Assembly: GCF_001949145.1 (NCBI RefSeq)
Contig: NW_019091359.1
Location: 338,021 to 402,020, forward strand
Source of the DNA: Acanthaster planci
Lineage: Eukaryota
Reading direction: 5' to 3'
Length of the DNA: 64,000 nt
Part shown: piece after piece, positions 1 to 13,460 of the stretch
Position numbering within the stretch: the stretch's first letter is position 1
How the letters are laid out: every line of letters starts with the position of its first letter
Notes under the pieces: model-generated
What the model saw: the letters and a program-made list of their open reading frames with translations, nothing else
Told to the model about the DNA's origin: nothing
The model's database searches: none
Position numbers and translations under genes: made by a program

Positions 1-3000
1 ATTTCTCACACACCTCACGTTGCAAGGGGTCCCGTCGATGTATCTGGTTAGAGCCTCTGTGTCTTCATATCGCCAGCAATCTTACCTTCCGTACCGGGAG
101 GAGACGTGTCGTGTCAGCGCGATCGCCTCTGCTGAAGTCGCCCCGTCGTCACGTTTTAAGGGTAACTCGCCGGTGATAGAAAGTCAATGTACAACCTGTG
201 CACAAAGGCACTGCATCTTTTAGAAATTAGGTCTATTCTTGGGGTCGAGATTAAATGTGTTGGGCAAACACAGCAAATTGACACGGGTTAAGGCAGGAAT
301 AAATCAAGTTTGGGGGTAAGGTGGTCTGGGCTTTTTCTCGCCTAGAGCGCGGAGGTGATTACACTTTGTGAGTTACTTTCCCCCTGTGTCTGCACTCTTC
401 TCTGCTCAGTCCTGGCACACGGGCCTGGACGTGTGTTCTTTCTGTCTTCCCTTTCGGCGTCAAAGCCGCAGCGTTGCATTCGAAGGGATACCATACTCGA
501 CGGCCGTCCAGGATGGATGGAGCAACTGGGCCCTGCGGTCCGACCAGTTTGCCAGGCCGTCACCCGGCCCCCCACGCCTCAGAATCAACGCTGAAATCAC
601 TCCTGTTCAAACGCGACGCCGATGTCTGTTTCCCTTCAAATCGATTTCAAAGCTCAGTTTCCATTCGCTGCGCGGGTGCGGACAACTCAACAAAAGAACC
701 CAAAGACATCAGTCAAGAGAAACTGTTTTCCTCTTCTGTCTATATTAAAGAGAGCCGACCCTGTTGTTAAAAGAAAATCCCAGACAAAAACTGACACTGT
801 CAACACAGTGAATCGAGGAGTGACTTATTCACACGCATGAGAACAAATATTTTATCATGAGACATTTCCAAAGGACCTTTTCAAGCCTGGCCTATTGCAT
901 GTTTTATAGATTCCTGAAGGAAAAAAATCTACCCATAAGTTGGCAAATTGGCTTGGGGCGAAGCGGGCTGTCGGACCTGAAGTACAAAAGGTACTGGAGC
1001 CGTTCGATGGCGACAACTGGCAACCGGTGAAAGGGAGCCCTGTTAAAATCGTTTTGAAAACGTGCACGAATTCACACTTTCGCCGTTTCAATTTGTGTCG
1101 GTTTTAGAGTTGAAATCCTCAATCTCTGCTAAGATATGTAAGGCTTGACATTTTTTGATGGATTGCCTTTTCACATTGCAAATAATGATCGGATTTGGTC
1201 GCTCTGACAAGCGTTTTCGGCCTGACTTACTAAATACCGCCGCCACACACAAGGTGCTTGCACGCAGGACAGGGAGTTCTACTCTCACCCACAAAGAAAA
1301 GCCGTGTATCCCCGCCAAATTTGCTCCGTCATTTTCCTTAAAAGATACAATCGCTGCTCCAATACAAAAAAGCTAAATGTAGCCAGGTAGGCTGCCTTTT
1401 TTATTGCAGAAAGGAGGATCAATAGTGACACTGTCCTTAGGACACATCTATTTTTAATAAAGCAGCAACACCACTGGGAGTTTCTCATTACTGTGTTTAT
1501 GATTCATATTTTCACACTTGGGGCTAGACGTGGCGGCTGGAGAATATAGAATTCTACTATTATTTGGTTTTTTTTGCGCCTAGCCCCTAATATCCATGCG
1601 CTTCCTTCACAGGCCTTGTGCACCGAGTATATTGATAGTGTTTAATAACAGCGAAGATGCTTGGCGTTGCCGGTGGGGTTACAGCGAGCTGTACACGGTG
1701 TTAACAGCGGGAACCTCACTCGCCTTTGCCTGCTCAATTTGCGGGAACATTTTCCCTCTACGCTGACACTACGTAGAATCGACGACAAAAAGAAAGTCTC
1801 CTTTGTTTGCTGAACAGGAGACAGGAAGTTTTATTCTATAGATTACTTATAAAAAAACAAGAGCGTGAGATGTTAGCTTCAGGAATGTTGCATTATCGAG
1901 CATTTGGAGTAAGAATGTCTAGACTCTTTTCAAGAAGTATCTGAAATAAAAGGAAATGATTGTAGCATAATTTGCATCAAACAATGATTAGGGCCTACTA
2001 ATTATTTGGAAATAAAGAATCTCCAGGAAATGATATGTGCGACGCTGGTTAAGTGAAACCTTCACTCGTTAACACTCAACAGTCATCTTCGCTGCAAAAA
2101 TATGTAATTAAGCCCCTGCATTTATATCAAAACGCCTTGTGTGCCATGTTAAGTTACTACCAGGTGGTGATCCGCAGTGTGTTGCAAGACGCTTGAGTCC
2201 GTTGCTAGACTGCAAAGCCAGACCAAGCTGATAACAGCTTCACTTGTAATACCATAAACTTGTTCCAGTCGCTCGTGGCGATCTTCCTTTATCTGATGTG
2301 ACCTTCTTCTCGCAAAACGCTGACTATTACGATCCCAGAAAAGTCGCTTTATAAATTAAGTGCGAAAACATGCAAATCGTGTATTAAACATTCGGGGTAA
2401 AAAATCTCAGAAGGGCTGTTTTCAGTCCAGATTCCCATCGAATGCGCCCTGACGCTCCTCAACTCGACACAAAAGGATACATGGTTCCCGCTGACAAGAG
2501 ACTGCCGTGATCGATGAGCTTCGTAATATATTGCGCCCGTGGCGTGCGAAAATTAATAGGATGCACAGCAGAAAGGAAAAAAAAAAGCCTGGTAAGCTAG
2601 GGGAGAAAGCCTGATTCCATTTTGTTTGTTTTGTGGGATGGTGGACCCCGTGTCGCCTGTATTATTGCCCACCACACAGTGTTGTCGTGTTGCCCTTTGG
2701 CCAAGAGAGGAGAACGACAGCGGTAGCTCTGCCATGCTCTGCCAAGGTCGCATCCGGTGTTGGTCAAATGATATTACGAAATAATAACAAACTGGCAGCG
2801 CATCAAGGTGTTACTTTCATTTCTTTTTCCCGCGTTGTTTTTTTTTCTAACTTCGGGGTTCCCGTTTTCCCCCTCGCTGTCACACCCGATAGAACTGTAG
2901 ATAGCGAGATGGTTGGCTTCGTGGTCACTGCTGTATTGCCTTGTCACGTACACAGGAGATGCATTTTGACGTAGCCGTGTGGTGTCGTTACAAATAGCCT

Positions 3001-6000
3001 GCTTTACAGCGCGAATAGTTTCCATTATTTGGAACCACCTTTTTAAGTTTCGGAACAAGTGTTAATCTAGACAGAACAAAAACTAACTGAAAATAGTTCT
3101 TTCTCAAGTACATGTAAGTATGATCGATGTAGTAAAAAAATCCATTCTGATATTCTCTCTCTGAGCCGAAGTGCCACTGGAACACCTCGTTGACACACTA
3201 AAATCCACTTCCCTGGGGCTATTTGCAGTTTTCGCCCAAAAATCTCCTTTTCTTCGCATACTGAGACATTGTGTTCTGACTGCAGGAGGTGTTCGGGATT
3301 TGGCTCAAAGTTTTCCGGTTGAACACATCCGAGAGCAAAGGTTGAACCAAGACTCACTCACAAAAACCCACCTGTATGTATCACCGTACTGCCTCAAACG
3401 CCTAGACCTGACCACTTGTGGCCCAACAAACTTCATCTTATAACCAGTAACTACATATATGTAGCATGTTGCTGGTTAAAGCGAGTTGTTGGAACTTCGA
3501 ATAATTGATCATGTCTACTTGTAGCTTTTTACTGAACTGAGTAATCGACGGCTGTTGACAGTGAAACTGAAGCTTGAGTTTAATTAATGCTATGCCCTGT
3601 GTGATACGGCGATGCACTTGGGTGGATGTACGCACGCAGGCCTTGAGGTGAGAAAAGCTGTAAGAGAGAGTCTCGCGAATGGGCCATGCTACGGGCCGGC
3701 CCTCCTAGTACCGGTAGCCCGGGAGCCGGTCTACCTCCGTCCTGACCCAAAATCCTTCGTCGCCGATGATGTTGATGACTGCGCGTGGGCCGTGGTGATG
3801 CGAATGATGGCAATATTTGCATGCTCATTTGGCCATCTTTTCCTGGGGACCGCCTCAATGTGTGCAAAGCAGGCGCCTCGCTGAATCAATATTTCCCCAC
3901 CTGCCTGTAGGGGGCTTTCTGCCTTTGCAAGCGACATAATACGCCAGGAAAAAAGAGAGAAACAAAATCAACTTGTGTCGGCCCTGTCTCCATTGAAGAA
4001 AGGATTCCGAAGACTTGTACTGCCCAGCCGGGTGCTGCACCTCGAGTCAGCCCCCGAACCCATGGCGGCGTCTCGCGCCCTCTAACCCGGCAGCGCGGTG
4101 TACATCACACCCAATATTGCATATGCCCGTGGTCTTCCCTTTCAAGAAACGCAGTGCATGAAGGCATGCACGGCTGCATGTACCGTGCTTGGTGACTGCA
4201 AAAGTAATTCAGTTTCATCGGACTTTTCTAGAGACATGTTTTTCATTGTGATACCATCTTCAAATCTTAAAGAAAATGATTATTGTTCTTTTAAGCTGTT
4301 ATTTAACTCTAGAACACTGGATGTGTCATCGGTTAAAGTTCTAAAATAAGTTGCTTTCAAAACCGAATCTGGCAGAGGCCATATTATTGGGCATCGACTG
4401 GACAAGACAGAGGGAAATAAGAGCCGCCGTGCTGTCCGTGAAGGAGGAATCGTCGTAACGGTGAAATGCGCACTCGAGATTTGACACATTTCACAATCCA
4501 CGACCAAGGCCGTACGTATATCGTCGTGTTGATGTGAGCGGTGTTGAACGCGCGAAATCGCTCTCGTCGGCAGTGTAAGGAAAAAGTCCAATACAAACAC
4601 CGGGGCCAATCGAAGTCAGATCACAAGCAGCCTGCTAAAGCAGACAGGTTGGTTTCGAGCCTGCCGTGTCAGGGCTTGGCGTATCGTCTCCATCCTTCCG
4701 TCTGGATCTCCCTCAGTCCAGCCCTGACTCTTCGATTTCCCGCTGAATGCCAGCTTCCGATATCTTGTCAGGATTGTCAATCGTTTGAAGTGGGGGGGGG
4801 TTGTGAAGATGACGTCTCTATTTATGCGTTCGAGCTGCGACGAAAAAAAAGGAACGCTAGAGATTTGTCGTTTTTTTCTTCTTGTTTGTTAGCCAGATTA
4901 GGTCAAGGAGGAACTAGGGGAGCTGTTGGAGTAAAAGGATGAGAATGAACAACACGCCTGTGTTGCCATGGAGATGAAGCTAATGTTTAACAAACTTCGG
5001 ATTTCCGATAATGCAGCGTTCCTCTTCTACCTGCCCCAGACCGGACATTACACTCCCTGTACTTCTTCCGCCTAGCGCTCCTGATGTCACGGCAGGTTCG
5101 TATCGGGTACTCACCTCCACAGCTTACAAGTGTGAGAACTAAAAATGGACCCGGCAGGCGTCAGGATCCAACCACTTGTGGCTGATTTACTGCTGTCGGT
5201 ACACTTGTCTGCGTTATTAAGAACCCCACAAATCTCCCTACCCACTATCCTACCTACCGCCGTCGGTCACGCGGGTTGAGAGACAGGAAGATGCGATGGG
5301 GGGTCGTGATGTTTGAGTTTTGGGTTAGGTCGAAGGGGAACTTGTCACGAGTTCCGACTCGAGGGGTCGCGTCTCGAGAAGCATTGGCTTGTTGTGCTGC
5401 AACCACGGAAGAATAAAAAAAGGACGCCTTGTTGTGTTGTTTTGTTTCTGTCGAGATGTGCTCAATGTGGCGAGTGGGTTTATCAGCAATGGCGCGACCT
5501 AATAACCCCTTTTGACTTGCTTTTTTAGATCAATAATGGTATCTTTGGCCCGCTTGACACCGTGTGAAGATAAATGCCTAGCGAATCTGGCTGGGCAGGC
5601 GGTAGTCCTAGTGCTGGCAACAGACGCACCTTTGGCCCTCAGCCCACGGTAATAGCGTCTGTGAATATATACAAGAGGCGACCCCTAGATCGTAATTACA
5701 ACACTGCTGTTCAGGCCTAACAAACAATGTCCTAGTTTTTTTTTTCCAAATGGGGCGATCACATACACACAAGATTGATAACAGTGATATTCCCCCTTTC
5801 GTCCACCATACTGTGCGATACATTTGTGCATCAGAACAAATGAAGCCCTTAACTACCGCTTTGCTCTGTCGGTCGGCCATGGAGGCAGGCGAGTTGTTTT
5901 CATTCGAACACCGCATTATTCGGCTATTGTCTACAAATTAACACAACTGGAGAAATGAAGTGATAAGAAATAACCCCCAACCGATATTTCCGTTTTTGCC

Positions 6001-6882
6001 GTCTCCTGATAATGCGGGTCCTATCTGTTTCATACACGCAATGCCAATTCCATGCGTAGTTGTAACACTTGTTCATGATATTGGGTTATAATGCTTGAGC
6101 GAGCCGCGTTTAGCCATGGGGAAAATATCGAATCAAACGGTTAACTACATTACAGACAGTACATTGGAAGAAGGAGGAGACCAAATCTGATGGTTAAATG
6201 ACTCGTACCGTACGGTACGGCTGCATGGCAGAAGGCCTCGATGCTCGACTGACCTACCCAAGCTGCACACCACAATCGCATCAAGTGACCGTGACATAAG
6301 CACAAAATGAAACCTTAAAAGGTTGTATATATGGCACCGTTAAAGCCTATATCGCAGGAATTAAAACAAAAAAAAAAGTTCCCAGGCGGCAGCTTGCGCT
6401 ATGACAAAGCCGCTTTTACACATCAACACTCGGTAAGCGATGCATGCGAAGGTTTGGGCCCATGGTATTTCCGCTTTGCCTTTGCTTTCAACAAAACCAA
6501 CGGCACAGAACAGAACCCGACATTTATTATGTATTTTCAGTTTCGAGTCTTAAACTGTTTACCGCTGTTTCTTTGTCAAAACGTTTAACAGGAATGTATG
6601 AATAGTGCAGGTGTCACGCATTTGAACGCGATGCCAATCGCCAACCAAAAACTCTTTCGCAGTGTTTCGCTCATAGACTGAAAAAGGTTGCATTAGTTGA
6701 ATTCGAAAAAAAATGGCCTTGCTAAAAAGGCTAAAATTTTCACATCTCTGTGTATGTTTTGCGACTAACAGTTATTATTTCAGTCTGTTCTTTTTTTGAG
6801 GGGCTGGGGCTGAAAATGTCCTATGACAATGATTTCTCTTCTCGCAGCGCAGTCTGCAAACGGGCATAGTCCTTCAGTTTTA

Positions 6883-7001
6883 GGCCATGTCCGAAACGGG
6901 CTTTCAGAGCCATGGCTAGGTCTGTTGACTGCGCGTCTCCACGCATTTCCAATGGAGTGAAGACCTAGACCTAGCTCTAGACAGGAGATTCTTATGCAGC
7001 C
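6883..7001 (+). mobile_element. PIF/Harbinger-type MITE, copy 1
   Basis: Imperfect TIRs GGCCATGTCCGAA...TTCTTATGCAGCC, TTA on both sides (6880-6882, 7002-7004). Homologous end to end to 37460-37584 in reverse orientation. Confidence 0.85.
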
Positions 7002-10000
7002 TTAGTCACCGGTACCAGTAAAGTCTCTCACGTGGCTGAATAATCGGTCAAGTATCCATCCTTAACTATTGTTGACCGACAGAAAAAATGGTATGAATTA
7101 AAAAAGTACCTCATTCGTCCCATTTCTTTCTTTTTTTTTCTCTCGGTCTAGATTTCTCGATTCTTCTTCAGTCAAGCGTGTGCAAATACATTTGTCATAC
7201 TCCACGCAATCCTACTTGTGTCTGCCGTGCCGGGGAATTTGCTAATACGGCACCGCAGGACCTCATCAAAACTGGTCACCATACGCACTTATGTCCCCGC
7301 TGGTGTAATAATTAACACCTTCAGACGGGGCCCCGAAACTTCGGCTTTTTTTTTTTTTTGGTCAGGACTTACAATATGAATTTTCTGTCCTCCGTCTGAC
7401 GCCAGGACTGTAACCTGTGGGTTTAATAAAGATCGCACAGCGATGATGGCGTCTGCCGGTTCAGCAAGCCACGAGCCCCGTCGAGGGCCAGGGGTGCCAT
7501 TCTGATTGTGTTACACAGACCTCCTAGGTATTTATGACGTCACTTTGTGGGCTAGGCCGCCTGATATTCTACGGATTATCATTTGGATAAGGTGACATTG
7601 CTAATGCACGTTCCACTATTCATTGATGTCAGTGTGATGGTCTTTCACCCGAAGACACTTAACATTGAGAGCTACACGAGTTCCCAAATGTTCGAAAATT
7701 ATGCAAGGCACTGGACCGGGAAGCCATATTGTCAAGATGACGTCCATCAAATACCAAGAGAACAGCGTAATTGCAACCATACAAGTTGGGTCGGCGACGC
7801 TTACATGTGCCCTTTGAACTTGCGTCAAGGATAAGATCAAGGAATAAGTTCGAAGGTCAGAAGTTCAATTGGATGTTCATTTCCGATACCAATGACATAA
7901 AACGTAAACGAGTCTTACACATTATCCGCGTGTTTGTATGAGGTTTCACAGAGGCGATTTCGGCAATTTCTTCCTAAACCAAAATCATTTCGTAAATGTG
8001 ACCTTCTCGAAATTTGTAACAAAACCAGAATTTGGTCATTAAAAAAATGCGCCTTTAGGGGTGCTTCCATATTGCAGTTATCTCTCTCTCTCTTTCAGTG
8101 GAAGAAGGCAAAAAGAAACCCAGATTAGGCGCCGACTTTGGCGCGTTGAGATGTGCCCTGTCCAGGACAAGTGGCTCTTCACGTTGCCAGCTTCTATCAC
8201 GCAAGCATACAGCGCCATCCTGTGAACCAGCATGAAGAAAATGCTCAAATGTAGACATCACAAACACTCGGTGTGTGTGGTAACGAGATGCCATGCCAAG
8301 CATGGTTACCCTCAAGCTGCTTCAGTGCCAGTGAACACATCAGTTGGCCCAAATGCATTGCCGTACACTAGTCATCTCGATCACTGGGTCACAACTTCAA
8401 AAGAATCAATTCTGGATTTTTTTTATATGATGTGTCTGAATTCGCTGTCTCATTCTTTCAAAATAATGCAATCCTAGTATTACATTTTCAATTCCACCCA
8501 AAACACGTGGATTTGTAGTAATTCTAAGGAATCTTATCGTGTTTGTACGAGGTACATCATGCCAGAGCCCCTAAGCCTTTATACGTCTTATGACAGGACT
8601 TGAGAATGCCATGTATGTGTGATCTGTATACCTGCTGTCTGCAGTGACAGGAAACATAGCAGATCGCATTCTTTGCTGGAGACGTTTTGCCACTATGGTG
8701 ACAGACAGTATGATACGTGGGGCGGCATTAGGGGCGGGGAAGCGTCAATTATTACAAGGCTTAAAAGATAAGATGGGGCCGGCTTAACAGACACTGGATC
8801 AACATCAAAATTGCCGGTGATGGTTTGGAAGAAAAAAAATGTTTGTGTATTTTACGCGGGCCTTTTAATTTAAAGAAACTTCCAAAAAGATCGCCAGCGT
8901 TTGCGGCGTTGAAATTAACCCCGGCCCACGAGACTAAACAAGGCGGTAGATAACATCGGAGATATAGCGGTGCCTTGATGAAAATGACGTAACGCCGCGA
9001 TGACGTCACCACTTTTCGGCGCCGGCGCGCCCCATCAACTGAAACATTCGTTCATTATCAGTTGATGCATTCTAGAAGTGGTGGCGCCATCTCTCTTTCT
9101 GTTTATATTTAGACGGTAGAGACATTTGTCACCGCCCATTTGAAATCGGGATCGGCTTCGCTTCTTCTGTTGTCTGCGACTCTTTGGTTTATTATCTGGA
9201 CATGTACATTAATAATATTTTTTTCCCACCGAACAAGTCGCATAAAACAAAACCTTTGCAAAACTACGCCGCGGAGCAAAGTGCACCTTGCGGGTATAAA
9301 TCAAGCCTGGCTAGAGGTCTTCGTTCTATTGTACCTTAAACAATTAAGCGAAGACAGCTAGCCCCTTTTAAGAACCGGCAAAGTTAAAAGAAGGTGGACC
9401 AAGCGCACTGTTAAGATGCCAACTGTAGAGGGGCAGTCGTCGGCTCCAAATTGAAACAAGAGAGAGCGTGGAAATATACAGTACGTTGATAGCGGACAAT
9501 GAACCTCCTTTATGACTTCGATCCCCGACATCTTGAAGATATTGTTCTTACATATTTCTGTCTCTGTCAGCAGGCCAAAGGTATTTATCATTCATATACG
9601 CTTGTCTCGTTACTACCCCGCTTGTAATGCCCTACTCCGAATTAAAAGAGACTGAGAGTCAGGTATTGAGGAAAGTGCATAGGTTTAAGGTTTTTCTTTT
9701 AGCAGTCCTTGAATCGCTGTAAATGGTGTCAAATCATTTGCGGGCTTGTGGCGTTGCGTCTGTGCTTCCGATCAACGCGCGACAGACATGAGCTGCACGC
9801 CGTCTGTTAGGACAATAAATAAGCCTCATATCATATGAAACAATTTTAGTTTTTTTTTCGCACTGACTCTCCGGGACAAGTCTGCTATGTGTATTACCAC
9901 GATGCTTTATTCGCAGTCTGGGTGCTAAGTCAATTCTCATCCCAGACGGCTATTAGTTCGTAATCGGTGAGAACTATGCCATTTTTATTAGCCGTAAGTG

Positions 10001-13000
10001 CATCGCCTTGTCTGGCTGACGCCAGCACCCTGCTCCGACGGTACGGTGAGCTCACCGTGCGCTGCCGTGTCGCTCAGCCAACAGCACACATGTCTGTGCC
10101 GCCTGCACGTCTTCCTCTGTCTCGAATCTGTCAGCCGCGGAGATAGTTCCGAGTTTGAAATGAGCGCACAGCCTTGTCTTTTGAACAAACGGCGCGCCCT
10201 CTATGTGTCGGCTAAAGCACCCCAAGAACGTAGATCTCTTTTCAATGAGGCCGTGTTAAGAAGGTCCTTGGTAGTCCGAGAGATTTGATTTGATCTCCGT
10301 AAGCCTGATTTTCATCACCCCGGTGAAGAAAAGCAAAGTTGGCTATTGTGACAAGTCAACTGGTCTGCTACACTTTAAAGCCCGGTGCTGTTATCAGCTT
10401 TAGGCGTCTAGAGAAGCCGTTTATTTGGTGTGAAGTGGCATGTTATCTGCATAAGCTCACTGTGTCAAGATATAAGCAGCACCACGGCTACCTGCGACTG
10501 CCGCATATCAGTCGCCCCCCTCCCCTCCACCAGACAAGATCCATTATAGAAGCTCATAATTTGATCGCCACTTTTGTCTCAGGGTTTTTCTTCTTCCCCG
10601 TGTGCTGTTGAGCTAAAGTTTGACGAGTAAACATTGGCCTTTTCCTCAACAGCGACTGTGCTCTGTTTTTCAAGTGGCGGTGCGGTGCATGGACTTGCGG
10701 GAACCGAGCAGTGGTTCTTTATCAGTTTGATATCGCAAAATGGATAAGATCATGCCGCATGTCAGCGCTGCCTTTTGATCGAGGGTGATCGCACATCAAT
10801 TAGTGTTGCCGGCGGGGCGACATCTAGGCGTGAATCAACGCTCTTATACCAGTCGCTCGCTCGCTCTCTGTCTCGACCGCCTTCTCCAGCACCGACTGGC
10901 AAAGGCAGCCAGCCCATAAGGATGCCAGCCCTCACGCACACGCCACCGTGCACACCCTTCTCCTGTCGTGCCTGCTTATTTCCTTCCACCGCGTCCCCTT
11001 AATGATGTTTAAATAAATTACAGGTCTTAATCGATATTTTAGGGTTATTTATCAGCCGCGTTTTATGGGGGTTGCAGGCCACCTTTGGTTTTGGAGTGAC
11101 TTGTGTACAGTAGACAAGCCCTGTGACAACACAGACAGTAATCGCTTTGGAGTGTCGTACGGTCGTCTGCCTTGTACCATGAAAGGCGGCTACTTGGCCC
11201 AGATTAAACACTATTATCTACTTTCTTGTCTTAACCTCTGACCTCCTTTCCATGACACCAAAAGGGGAGAATATAATCCCAGTTCTTTCCTACTTCTATT
11301 GAAGTTCAACTTCATGCGTCCGCACGCCATCACCTATCGGGGATTATCAAGTGTAATTCGCATGACCAACTCAAATGGAAACTACATTTGCAAGCCCAAT
11401 CTTTTAGCTGTTTTTCGAAGAAACAAATCATGAGCTCCACGTTTTCTGTTCATTTTTAATTTATTTGCCGAGTCGAGAAACAAAAAGCGGGGTTTTTTTG
11501 GGGTTCATCTGAATTTGGTTCCATTTGGGCTTTTGCACTTGCCGCGCGGAGAGGAGAGTCTTTCTCATTCCATTTCGCTCATAAATTCCGCGTCTTTGAA
11601 CTGATTACCAACGGCGCGGGCCATAAATCGGCCCATTCGGCTCTCAGATTCGTGGATCAGTTTCTTGTTTGGAATTCTAGGGCAGCCTGTAATCCCGGAC
11701 CGATTAGGTCGTCTCGGTTACAACGCCAGTAATGCATATCTTAAACAATTAAGCTTTTGAAGTGCATGCTTGGAACGGCTGGGTGCGTATCAAACCCACC
11801 ATTTTGGTATCGCGGAGCGAACGCCTTCGTTTGCCCGCTTAGCTCAGGCAATTATCAAATAAATCTGGGATTTGTTTATTGAAAAGTGGATACGACGACT
11901 CAGCAGTGCAGTTAATTTAAAATACGATTTAACTGACACAGTGTTCAAATTCTTTGACAGTTAATTTTTAGGCGGAGACTGTTTGCTCAGCACATTTAAT
12001 TTCCAAACTTCCTTTTTTATCGTTTTGTGTATCATACAGCTGTGGAAAAGTCAACGGTCTGGTGATAATAGTCGCGATTCTATCATAAAACGAACTTGCA
12101 GCACATGATTGATAGTTTTTAAGGGAAAGTAATTAGGAGGATTTTCGTTGGTAATGAAGATGGTGGAAACACAGCGCGATTTCACAAGCGGCTCTGTCCT
12201 TTGTGTGTTGTGACGCACGTCAGGGTTGTCCCCTTCAAACAGTCGGCGCCTCCAAAAACTCGATATTTTGTCACGGCTGACGATATGAGAAGCTAATCGT
12301 TAGTGCATTGTGGCTGCTAAATTCTCACCGACCACGTGTTGCTAATCAGGTTCCAGTTGATCGTTAGTCGTACATGTGTTTAGAAGTGAACGTTGATGTA
12401 ATTTTAGTCTTTTTATTTAAAAAAGAAAGTAAATTTAGCATTGTTTTATATCTCTCCCCGTTATTACTTCTGTCCAACCCCATGAGCGCTGATGTTACAC
12501 TAAATGGTCGCGTGTGGCACAGTGGCTTGTTCGGGATGTACACTTGGATTATTTCATCCAAACCACCGTCCAGTTATGGGGCACTGCTCTGTCGAGGCGT
12601 GCATTTCGACAAGAAGTTGTTAAATGGATGGGTGTCTAGGAAACTAGGCTACTCCCTCACATCTCCCTCTGTTTATTTTGCCCGGTCATCGCGTAGTTCT
12701 TCACAGAGTGAATTAACGTCTCAAGAAATTGTTGAAACTGGATCCAGAAAACGAATATGGGAGATAATACCTTTGTCATTTTCATATTGTTCATTACCAG
12801 TGGTAGTTCAGCCTCTTCAGAAATCGTATTTGGAATGGCGCATTAATGCAATGACATGCGATAAAAATATTGACAAGGTTGACAACCACCCCCGGCCCCT
12901 GCCTTCCTGGTGGCCTGCCAATCCCACAGAGATTTTCTACAGGCTGCGAGGCCAAAATCATTAGAAAAACCCCCGGTCAAAACAGATCAATTGCCGGGCC

Positions 13001-13313
13001 TTGTTTTTCTCGCTTTCGATAATTACGAGACCATGTGTACTGTACCTGCATGTAAGATGACGAGAGCATTTCCTGTTCGGAGTTGATTTATTGTCATTTA
13101 CTTTCAACAACAACAGCCTCTGTTTTTGTTTTTATTTGGGAGGAGAAATATAGTTTACGAGGGTAAATATCGGTCCTGACTTGCTAGGGACAAATATGTT
13201 GAGTTAAAAAGCACTTTTTGTATCCTGTTATTCGGTCTATTCTGTAGATGAATTGAAAAGTTTGATGGATTCTAACAATAACTTATGCTTTCTGTATTTT
13301 CCCCCTTCTGCAG

Positions 13314-13460
13314 ACGATTTTAAATTCGATGCACAAATACCAGCCTCGCTTCCACATTGTCAAGGCCAACGACATTTTGAAATTGCCATGGAGTCACTTC
13401 CGGACTTTCGTCTTCCGAGAAACCGACTTCATCGCCGTCACTGCCTACCAGAACGAAAAG
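13314..13460 (+). CDS. Tbx2/3: Tbx2/3 internal exon (T-box domain), 147 bp, phase 0/0
   Basis: Polypyrimidine tract plus ttctgcag acceptor (AG 13312-13313), donor AAG|gtaaac. Encodes [49 protein letters not shown], the Tbx2/3-type T-box segment (ANDILKLP is typical of Tbx2/3/omb). Confidence 0.97.

Noticed and set aside
325..346. TTTTTCTC loop reminiscent of the telomerase RNA pseudoknot; AACCCTA at ~17480
   Set aside because: No adequate template near the loop, no P3 partner and no H/ACA domain seen.
12374..12964. 196-aa ORF and the other short ORFs in the track
   Set aside because: No recognisable domain or compatible splice phases; consistent with chance ORFs in intronic and intergenic DNA.
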